Shown here: one piece after another, positions 9,357 through 16,232 of the stretch | How the letters are laid out: each line of letters begins with the position of its first letter | Position numbering within the stretch: position 1 is the stretch's first letter | NCBI GenBank assembly: GCA_052390235.1 | Contig: JBQTHB010000008.1 | Location: 36,840 to 100,839, forward strand | DNA length: 64,000 nucleotides | Direction: 5' to 3' | Source of the DNA: Deltaproteobacteria bacterium | Lineage (GTDB): Bacteria > Desulfobacterota_D > UBA1144 > Nemesobacterales > CSP1-2 | Notes under the pieces: generated by a model | Told to the model about the DNA's origin: nothing | Database searches by the model: none | The model's input: the letters and a program-made list of their open reading frames with translations, nothing else | Translations under genes and position numbers: made by a program

Positions 9357-10304
9357 TTAAACGTCGAGCTTTTTTATTTGCCACGGCGCAATATCCACCG
9401 ATTTATTTTCATCTCCGCTATCAATTCCCCCCTCGGCGTCCTTATTTTTGATGGACTTAACACCGCTCAGCGCCTCGGATGCCGGTATGTCGGCGAGGGT
9501 TTCATCGTAGAGGTCAAACCAAGGAAACCCGTAATTAGTGTAAGTTTTGGCGCTTATCGGCGTTGGCGGAAGACTCATTCCGGTTATCTCCAGGTAGCGG
9601 GCGCTGTTGATTATATATATAGCCGCGGTGGAGAAATTCGCCCTGTCCCAGGAGCGAGCGCCGTATTTATCGGGGTAAATTTTCTGCTTTATCCGCCCTC
9701 CTGCCCCAAGCCCCATCGCGGAGCCGCCCGCCGGAGCGCGCATAAAAAGGCGCTCATGCGATATTTCGCCCCTCGGAGGCTCATCGGGGAATCTGCCGGG
9801 CTTCGGCTCATAGACCTTTATTTGTATCCCTCCGAGAGTCTCTGAGCCCGTGATTTGCCCCTCGACTGTATAGCCCATCCCAAGCGGCATAGCGACGAAC
9901 TGCCTCACGCCCCCGTTTTCGCTTTTAATTCCGTCAATCCAGGGCTGGTCTGGGGCTACCAGATAATTTTGAGGTTTAGATATAAGCCCCTTATCATCCC
10001 GCGGCTTGCCCGTTAAGATATTTACCCCGCCTATGGCTATTATAACCGCGTTCGGCTTCCAGCGCCGCCCCTCAAATGCGAGCCACAGGGCTTCTCTCTG
10101 ATACATGGAAATAAAGTGCGCGCCCTCGCTAATCCATTCGTCGGGGACCCGCCCCGCAAAATCCGCCGCGCTCATTATCGGAAATTCCCCCAACCCCGGC
10201 GGGAGCGGATAAACCCTTCCGTCGTCCGGTATTCTCAAAGTGCGCTGGAACGATACGCTAAACGCCTCGCCTATATGAATACGCGCTTCCATGGGGGTTC
10301 TCAC
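9357..10304 (-). CDS. Conserved hypothetical protein (FQRTLRIPDDG...PLPPGLG domain)
   Basis: Long ORF with motif-like blocks MYQREALW, QPWIDG, RQFVAMPLG, MGLGAGG, GFPWFDLYDE; function unknown. Confidence 0.8.
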   Translation of the reverse strand: MRTPMEARIHIGEAFSVSFQRTLRIPDDGRVYPLPPGLGEFPIMSAADFAGRVPDEWISEGAHFISMYQREALWLAFEGRRWKPNAVIIAIGGVNILTGKPRDDKGLISKPQNYLVAPDQPWIDGIKSENGGVRQFVAMPLGMGYTVEGQITGSETLGGIQIKVYEPKPGRFPDEPPRGEISHERLFMRAPAGGSAMGLGAGGRIKQKIYPDKYGARSWDRANFSTAAIYIINSARYLEITGMSLPPTPISAKTYTNYGFPWFDLYDETLADIPASEALSGVKSIKNKDAEGGIDSGDENKSVDIAPWQIKKLDV

Positions 10305-10340
10305 CTCTTCTCTGCTCAGATAACATTCAACGCCGCCGAG

Positions 10341-11384
10341 TTAGCCCCTTAAGAGCTTATCCGCCCCGCCGAGTTCCCTAACCCACACCGCGAGTTTATC
10401 CAAACCCTCGGCGAGACCCACAACGGGCTCGTAGCCCAAATCCTGCCGGGCGCGCTCGATGCTGTAGGTGCGGCTTCCGGCAATGGCGGCGGCGGCAAAT
10501 CTGGTGAGGAAAGGGGGCTTATCGGATTTCCTGAGCCGCGCCACCGACTCAAGCGCGGAGGCGAGGGCGTAGGCGACGCGGTAGGGAACGGATTTTGTGG
10601 GAGTCCAACTCATACCAGCGGCGCCGAGCTGTTTTTGTATAAATTCAAGGTGATTTATCGTCATACCGTCGTTTATGAAATAGGTGTTTCCCGCCGCCTT
10701 AGGTGTCTGTGCGGCTAGGACGAGTCCGCAGACGAGATTGTCAACGTGGCATGGGGAGACGACGCCGCGTCCATCGCCGATTCTAAAGGCGACGTTTTTC
10801 TTGGCGATATTGATGATGCGCGGGAGAATTACGACGTCCCCCGCCCCCCAGACCCCCGACGCCCTGACGATAACGGTTTCAAGCCCGTGTTCGCGGCAGA
10901 AGCGATTTACTGCTCTCTCGGCTTGCGCCTTAGTTTCGTTGTAATAATCGCCGTAGCTGGGTGGATAGGGATAGCTCTCGTCAATGTTCATCATGTTATG
11001 GACGCTCCAGAAATCGGATTTCCACAGCACGCTCGAGGTACTAATATAGACGAATCTGCGGACTCCCGCATCCACTGCCGCCTGAAGCAATTTCTCCGTA
11101 GCCTCGACATTTATCTTCCAAAACTCCTCGCGCCGCCCCCAATCGGAGACAAACGCCGCAATGTGATATAAGACATCTGCGCCGCCTTTGACGAGTTCGC
11201 CGAGGGATGCGCAGTCCGAGAGGTCTCCCCTGCAAAGCTCGACGCCTAATTTGCCAAGCCCGTCCACGTTGCTCGACCCCCTCACAAGGGATTTCACACC
11301 ATAGCCCTTTGCGACCAGGGCGGCGGCTAATTTCCCCCCTATAAACCCAGAGCCTCCGGTTACAATCGCCCTCATTTCAATCAC
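10341..11384 (-). CDS. NAD-dependent epimerase/dehydratase, 3-beta-HSD-like extended SDR
   Basis: VTGGSGFIG Rossmann motif, YxxxK (YNETK). Confidence 0.9.
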   Translation of the reverse strand: MIEMRAIVTGGSGFIGGKLAAALVAKGYGVKSLVRGSSNVDGLGKLGVELCRGDLSDCASLGELVKGGADVLYHIAAFVSDWGRREEFWKINVEATEKLLQAAVDAGVRRFVYISTSSVLWKSDFWSVHNMMNIDESYPYPPSYGDYYNETKAQAERAVNRFCREHGLETVIVRASGVWGAGDVVILPRIINIAKKNVAFRIGDGRGVVSPCHVDNLVCGLVLAAQTPKAAGNTYFINDGMTINHLEFIQKQLGAAGMSWTPTKSVPYRVAYALASALESVARLRKSDKPPFLTRFAAAAIAGSRTYSIERARQDLGYEPVVGLAEGLDKLAVWVRELGGADKLLRG

Positions 11385-11458
11385 CCCATTGGACAGCTAT
11401 AATTGAACTATTATACCCACTTGGCAATAAATCAATTTGGGAGGCGCGAAAACTAGGG

Positions 11459-11818
11459 ATGATAGCTTATGAGATTTATAAAGTAATTCACATACTCGCG
11501 GTAATTTCGCTTTTTCTCTCGCTCGGCGGATACGCGATTCTCTCGATTACGAAATCAACCGCGGGAAAAGGGCTCGTCGGCAGGACTCACGGGATAGCCG
11601 TGTTGCTGATACTCGTAGCGGGGTTTGGGCTTGTGGCGAGGCTCGGAGCGCAGATGCTCTCTCTGTGGATTTTAACGAAGCTAGGGGTGTTGGTTGCCCT
11701 TGCGATGATGCCGGTGTTTATTAGAAGAAACCCTGAGCGCGCCCCTGCGCTTTGGCTGATAACAATTGCCTTGGGGGGACTTGCCATTTATATGGCGGTA
11801 TATAAGGTGAATTTCTAG
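11459..11818 (+). CDS. Small 4-TM membrane protein (SirB2-like)
   Basis: YKVIHIL, HG, GFGL, WILTKL pattern across four hydrophobic helices. Confidence 0.65.
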   Translation: MIAYEIYKVIHILAVISLFLSLGGYAILSITKSTAGKGLVGRTHGIAVLLILVAGFGLVARLGAQMLSLWILTKLGVLVALAMMPVFIRRNPERAPALWLITIALGGLAIYMAVYKVNF

Positions 11819-12205
11819 CTATGCCCCAATGACGCCAATTGCGTCTTTTGCCGCCGCGATAATTGCCTTGGGGTTTCCGGTGAGCGCGGCGCCGGCAAGA
11901 CCCGCGAGAGCCGAGGCTACGGCGAGTGCTTTTTTGACGTTGGCGAGGGTTTTGAGGGTTTTCACCGCAATTTTGCTTGCCTTCTGTAGCCCCTCGGCGG
12001 CTTCGGAAAGCTCCTGGGATGTGCCGTGAATTGACATCGCTCCCAGTTTGGCGGATTGACCTAGAAGCTCTCCCGCGGCGCCGGAGACTGCCGCAAATTC
12101 CTCGTCAGAAAGTTGATTTTCTGCCGCAAAGCGGCTCAACTCTCTTGCCGCGCTCTGAATGGCTCTTCTCGTTGCTCTTAATTGGTTAGGGGTTAGATTA
12201 GGCAT
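11819..12205 (-). CDS. Hypothetical Ala-rich helical protein with C-terminal hydrophobic hairpin
   Basis: GAGGAG RBS; heptad-like helices then ALAVASALAGLAGAALTGNPKAIIAAA; last gene of the operon. Confidence 0.75.
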   Translation of the reverse strand: MPNLTPNQLRATRRAIQSAARELSRFAAENQLSDEEFAAVSGAAGELLGQSAKLGAMSIHGTSQELSEAAEGLQKASKIAVKTLKTLANVKKALAVASALAGLAGAALTGNPKAIIAAAKDAIGVIGA

Positions 12206-12233
12206 TGGACCTCACTCCTCCTCGTAAGACGTT

Positions 12234-13220
12234 TTACTTGAAAGCCCGCTTCAGATTTTTTACTATCGGCAGAAGCTCTCTGATGTAGCCTTGAACATAT
12301 TGCGCCAGCTCGGCGGAATCGAGCGCGTTCGCTCCAGCGGCAATTTTATCGTGAGTCTCGGCGATGCTGCCAAGAAGCGTTTGATACCCCGAGGCGGCGG
12401 CGAGCTTGGCTTCGGCGGATTCCAATTGAGCTTTATTTTGGAATAGCTCATCGTTGATTTCCGCGGATTCGCGAGCGCCTTTTGGAAGCATCCGAGCAAG
12501 CCCGGTTTGGGCGAGGTTGAGCTGGATTCGCTCATCTTCGAGGAAATCCCTGTAGTCTTCAACGATGTCTATAAGCCCGCCAATTAAATCCCCGAAATAT
12601 GGATTTGCCGCGCGGATGGTCTGCTTAAGACGTTTCTGCCTATAGCCCTCGGCGGCAATCTTCACCAACAGCCCGGCGAGTTTCGAGACGGATTCGGCTC
12701 TCTGCCCGGCGAACGGACTGCCTCCGGCGATTTTTATAGCCGCGAGATTCGATTTCAGCCCATCAATATCGGCGGCAAACGTAGCCGGCTCGTCCGAGGC
12801 AAGCCTCCCTAGGGCATAAACGTAGCCCTGAAGCGCCAGATTTGCATCCAAAATCCCTTCAAGGCTCTGCCCGGCATCTCGGCAGACTTCGAGCCCGGAT
12901 TCATAATCCTCGGAATATTTCACATCGCCATTTTCGGATATTTCAATCCTATAGCCTTGATAATCTATTTCTACGCGGCGGAGGCAACTGTGCGCAATAT
13001 CGGCGGCAATGGATTCAAACTCGCGGGAAGCAACGAGCGTGGTCTCGGCGAAATCCCTCACGGCGGGCAGATTGGCGGCGCATCCGGAAAGGAAAATCAG
13101 GGTAATTAGCGAAACTGCAAGACGAAAATTCCCGAATATCATTGCGAGATTCCTCTTTTTTCCGAGTATGCCGTTCACGCACAAATCCCTCTGGGAAATG
13201 CTTGCAGATTTGGCCGTCAT
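12234..13220 (-). CDS. Hypothetical all-helical lipoprotein
   Basis: Lipobox LSGC after a hydrophobic segment, two further Cys, long coiled-coil-like helices; AGGAGG RBS at 13220, alternative start 13142. Confidence 0.8.
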   Translation of the reverse strand: MTAKSASISQRDLCVNGILGKKRNLAMIFGNFRLAVSLITLIFLSGCAANLPAVRDFAETTLVASREFESIAADIAHSCLRRVEIDYQGYRIEISENGDVKYSEDYESGLEVCRDAGQSLEGILDANLALQGYVYALGRLASDEPATFAADIDGLKSNLAAIKIAGGSPFAGQRAESVSKLAGLLVKIAAEGYRQKRLKQTIRAANPYFGDLIGGLIDIVEDYRDFLEDERIQLNLAQTGLARMLPKGARESAEINDELFQNKAQLESAEAKLAAASGYQTLLGSIAETHDKIAAGANALDSAELAQYVQGYIRELLPIVKNLKRAFK

Positions 13221-13256
13221 TTTACTTCCCTCCTGAGCGATGTTTAATACAATTCA

Positions 13257-14033
13257 TCAAGAATCGGATTTGCCCTCGGACTGCTTCTTCTCTTCAGCCG
13301 CCCGCTCCTGCCGAACGCGATTATCGAGATAGTCCAGAACATTTTTGGCTAGTTTGAGCTCCCTGCTCTCCTCATCGGAGTCGGAGGGGGCATTCTCGTC
13401 AGGAGGCTTTGGGGCGCTTTCATCCGGCTCTGTGTCGGCAGGTTCGGGGAGGTCAGAGGGTTGCTCTGGCTCGGCATCCTCTTGCGGCTTCGGCTCTGGG
13501 ATTGGCGCAGGGCTGCCCTCTTCAAAGTACTTTTCAATGTTTCTCATGGAGCTTCGGGCGGCTTTTTTAATCTGCTCTGCCGCCTGCCCTATTGTCGGGC
13601 GTTTGCTGGAGTCGAGTTGGAGGAGGCGCAGGCTCACCTGGGTCTGATAGCTGTTTATGGCAATAGTGAGCTGGCTCATATCGGCCATGATTTTGCGAAT
13701 CTGCTCAACGGGGCGGAATAGATAAAGCCCGGTGAGGTCGGCAAGCCCAAGCCCGCCGATGGCTAGGGAGCGCCAAAGCTCGGAGTCAGACCACGCCTTA
13801 ACGACCGAGGCAAGTATCAGCCCCGTGCCTAGGATAAACATCACGATGGACAGGATGATAACTATCCAGTAGGTGCGCCGAAGCCCGTATTGGAGCTTTG
13901 CCACCTCGAATTTTCCGTCGTGAAGCACACCTTTCATAAACTCAATAAGCCACTGATTCGCGCTTTCCGCCTCACGCTCGGATAGAATTTTGTCCGTATT
14001 ATCACTATCCCTCTCGCGCTCTCTTTTGCTCAT
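13257..14033 (-). CDS. Two-TM membrane protein with coiled coil and Pro/Glu/Asp-rich linker
   Basis: TM hairpin (YWIVIILSIVMFILGTGLILASV / SLAIGGLGLADLTGLYLF), PEPKPQEDAEPEQP linker, charged tail; alternative GTG start 14048. Confidence 0.8.
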   Translation of the reverse strand: MSKRERERDSDNTDKILSEREAESANQWLIEFMKGVLHDGKFEVAKLQYGLRRTYWIVIILSIVMFILGTGLILASVVKAWSDSELWRSLAIGGLGLADLTGLYLFRPVEQIRKIMADMSQLTIAINSYQTQVSLRLLQLDSSKRPTIGQAAEQIKKAARSSMRNIEKYFEEGSPAPIPEPKPQEDAEPEQPSDLPEPADTEPDESAPKPPDENAPSDSDEESRELKLAKNVLDYLDNRVRQERAAEEKKQSEGKSDS

Positions 14034-14065
14034 CGCCCCACTCTCCACAGTCCGTTATTATCGGA

Positions 14066-14110
14066 TTCCCTCTTCCTGCGGTTCGCCTCGGCTAGTGTCA
14101 AATTCGGTTG
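14066..14110. repeat. Direct repeat copy A: intergenic duplicate of the M15 peptidase 3' end
   Basis: 37/45 nt identical to 14833-14877 by manual alignment, perfect 20-bp core gttcgcctcggctagtgtca at 14081-14100. Confidence 0.9.
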
Positions 14111-14130
14111 GCGCTCGGCAGGAATATTTC

Positions 14131-14748
14131 CTATAATTTCCATATATTAAGCGCGCGGAGTGTTGCGGCTCGCCGCTCTGATAATCCGAGCTTCGCAATT
14201 CCGTTTACTTTTTTGGTTATCTCTTCAACATCTCCATTATCAGCCAAACGGGAGCAGTTGGTTGCATCCCAATAGGCAAAGGCAATTCTCGCGGCGGACT
14301 GGAGTTCACGGGCAAGCTCAGGGCTAGCTTCAATATCAATTCCTACCAGAAGCCCAATTTCTCTATAATTTGCGCGCCCCGTTAGTTGCTTATACCCTGA
14401 GCCGCGATACCTCCAGCCGTCCCCGCTCGCCTCGTTGCCGTTGCCCAGACGATTGGCATAGACTCGATTCGCAATTGCCTGAGGCCCTCGCTTTATCAAG
14501 GCTCGGGCGTCTTCAATCCCCTTCACTGCGCTAAAGATTTTATCGAGGCGCGCGGGGTCTCTGTAATTTAAATTCTCAATCATGGTTGCGAACCCCGCCG
14601 TTTCAACAAATATTTGCCCCATAAAGTGGCAGAGCCGAACCGGAGTGGTTACAGAACTAGACACTCTAGCATCTTCCAGCGCTTTTGCATGAGCCTCTGG
14701 GTCTCTCATCTTGGGAGCAAATTTCTTAAGCGTCTCTGCGGTAATCAT
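14131..14748 (-). CDS. Glycoside hydrolase family 19 protein (endolysin/lysozyme type)
   Basis: HFMGQIFVET, ENLNY, ANRVYANRLGNG, DGWRYRGSGYKQLTGRANY, ITKKVNG; GGAGG RBS before ATG 14748; no signal peptide. Confidence 0.92.
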   Translation of the reverse strand: MITAETLKKFAPKMRDPEAHAKALEDARVSSSVTTPVRLCHFMGQIFVETAGFATMIENLNYRDPARLDKIFSAVKGIEDARALIKRGPQAIANRVYANRLGNGNEASGDGWRYRGSGYKQLTGRANYREIGLLVGIDIEASPELARELQSAARIAFAYWDATNCSRLADNGDVEEITKKVNGIAKLGLSERRAATLRALNIWKL

Positions 14749-14811
14749 GTTAAAACCCTCCACGAGGTTTGTTTGTCTAATCATCTCAGGCGCGTATTTT
14801 TGGGGAGCGAA

Positions 14812-15237
14812 TCAGCCTAGTAACTCCTGTCCTTCCCTCTTGCGCCAGTTCGCCTCGGCTAGTGTCAGGTTTGGGTGATATTCAAAGTGGGGCAGGTCTT
14901 TGAAGCTCTTGAAATCCCCTCCCCACTGAAGGGCGCACCTCCTGCCGAGTTCGCCGATTTTGCTCCAAAACGGGCTGTTCCATATCGCCTTGCCGTTCAC
15001 AAGCGGGACAACATCGAAGGCGAGTCCGAAGTTATGCCACGACTGCCCGGGCTTTGCGTTAGTTACCCTCTTGCCCGGCTTTGTGCGTCCGATGGCGTAG
15101 AGGGCGGCTTGCTCCTCGAATGTGCGCAGGGCGCTGGTAATGAGCAGTTCAATCCCCTCAGCCTCGGCTAAGGCTAGAAGCGCGCGGGCTTTCTCGGCAA
15201 CCACGGGATGTAAATCTTCCAGTTTCCTAGATGGCAT
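14812..15237 (-). CDS. M15 family L-alanyl-D-glutamate endopeptidase (CwlK/ChiX-like)
   Basis: RTFEEQAALYAIGRT, SWHNFGLAFD, WGG, DLPHFE zinc motifs; AGGAGG RBS; no signal peptide. Confidence 0.93.
   Translation of the reverse strand: MPSRKLEDLHPVVAEKARALLALAEAEGIELLITSALRTFEEQAALYAIGRTKPGKRVTNAKPGQSWHNFGLAFDVVPLVNGKAIWNSPFWSKIGELGRRCALQWGGDFKSFKDLPHFEYHPNLTLAEANWRKREGQELLG
14833..14877. repeat. Direct repeat copy B (inside the M15 gene 3' end)
   Basis: Core gttcgcctcggctagtgtca at 14848-14867, 767 bp from copy A. Confidence 0.9.
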
Positions 15238-15294
15238 AATGTGAATCCTCCTAAATGGGTTATTTTCGTGTAACGCCTGTTTTACGAAATATTT

Positions 15295-15310
15295 CGCAAG
15301 AGCCGTGCCA
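15295..15310 (-). promoter_or_regulatory. Sigma54 (-24/-12) promoter of the hydrolase operon
   Basis: TGGCACGGCTCTTGCG on the minus strand matches TGGCACG-N4-TTGC, 57 bp upstream of the M15 ATG. Confidence 0.88.
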
Positions 15311-15349
15311 AATGTCCGGGGAGGAGTCAGGAATGGGAATATATAGCAA

Positions 15350-15433
15350 TATCAGCAGGTTAAGAAAGCACACTGAAATTATCCCCGCGCGCGAATCGGG
15401 CAAATTTACCAAAAATATTATGGTATTTTTACC
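15350..15433. promoter_or_regulatory. Putative IHF site plus two tandem enhancer (UAS) palindromes
   Basis: TATCAGCAGGTTA (15350-15362) fits WATCARNNNNTTR; near-palindromes GGCAAATTTACC (15399-15410) and GGTATTTTTACC (15422-15433). Confidence 0.6.
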
Positions 15434-15504
15434 GCGCCTTATAATAGAAATCTGGAATTTATGAGGAAAACGGCGGGATTTTTGATTAGCTAAGCGGAGG
15501 CGCT

Positions 15505-15981
15505 TCAGTTAATTCCCGTATCCGTGATGAGGAGTTGCTTTATGAGTCGCTCCATGACCTTTCTTCGCACCCACATCTCGCCGTCGTTGATGGCTTTAAT
15601 ACATTTGACAATGTCGTCCTTGCCCGCGCGCTCTGGCAGGAAACCCCTCACGCCCATCTTCAGCGCCGCCACTTCTTTGTCCTCGTCGTAGTCCTTGAGG
15701 AGGAGCAGAATCTTTACATGGCTGGCCATCTGGTTTACGAGATTAATTGCCTCCAGAATGCTCACCTCTTCATCGTCGTCGTTGATAATGACGATATTTG
15801 GCTTTATTTTATCGAGGCACTCAATCAGTTCCATGACGTTAGAGGCCTCGCCCTTGAGTCTTATATCGTCTTCGCCGCTGAGATGGCTGATAACGCCTTT
15901 CCTCACAAGCGAGCGAGAGCTGAAGACGAGAACGTCCATGAATTTGCTCTTAAATTTTCTGCCTAATTTCCTGATTTGCAT
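15505..15981 (-). CDS. Stand-alone NarL-like pseudo-receiver domain protein
   Basis: REC-like pattern (LVRKGV, GEASN, KPNIVII, ALKMGVRGFL, GEMW) but acidic pocket, phospho-Asp and Lys are altered and no HTH follows. Confidence 0.75.
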   Translation of the reverse strand: MQIRKLGRKFKSKFMDVLVFSSRSLVRKGVISHLSGEDDIRLKGEASNVMELIECLDKIKPNIVIINDDDEEVSILEAINLVNQMASHVKILLLLKDYDEDKEVAALKMGVRGFLPERAGKDDIVKCIKAINDGEMWVRRKVMERLIKQLLITDTGIN

Positions 15982-16232
15982 CGAAAGGTTTTAGCCACTC
16001 CCCCGCTCACAATGGGCTATTATCTCACTAAGCGCAATCCGATGTCAATAGAGATTTTTTGAGTCTTTTAAATAGAGAAGCAACCACTGCGGGCGCGTGG
16101 TGTAGAGGTTTTTAGCGGTGCGCTGAGTAGAAATTATATTATGGATTGCCCCATTATCGGGACCTGCATCCCACTTGTCATTTCGAAGCAGGGGCAATAG
16201 GGGGAGCGCAGATGGAATTGGAATTGCGCGAA

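Noticed and set aside
11819..15237. Prophage remnant explanation for the two endolysin-like genes
   Set aside because: No structural, integrase or replication genes in the window, and a host-type sigma54 promoter is present; ultimate phage ancestry is not excluded.
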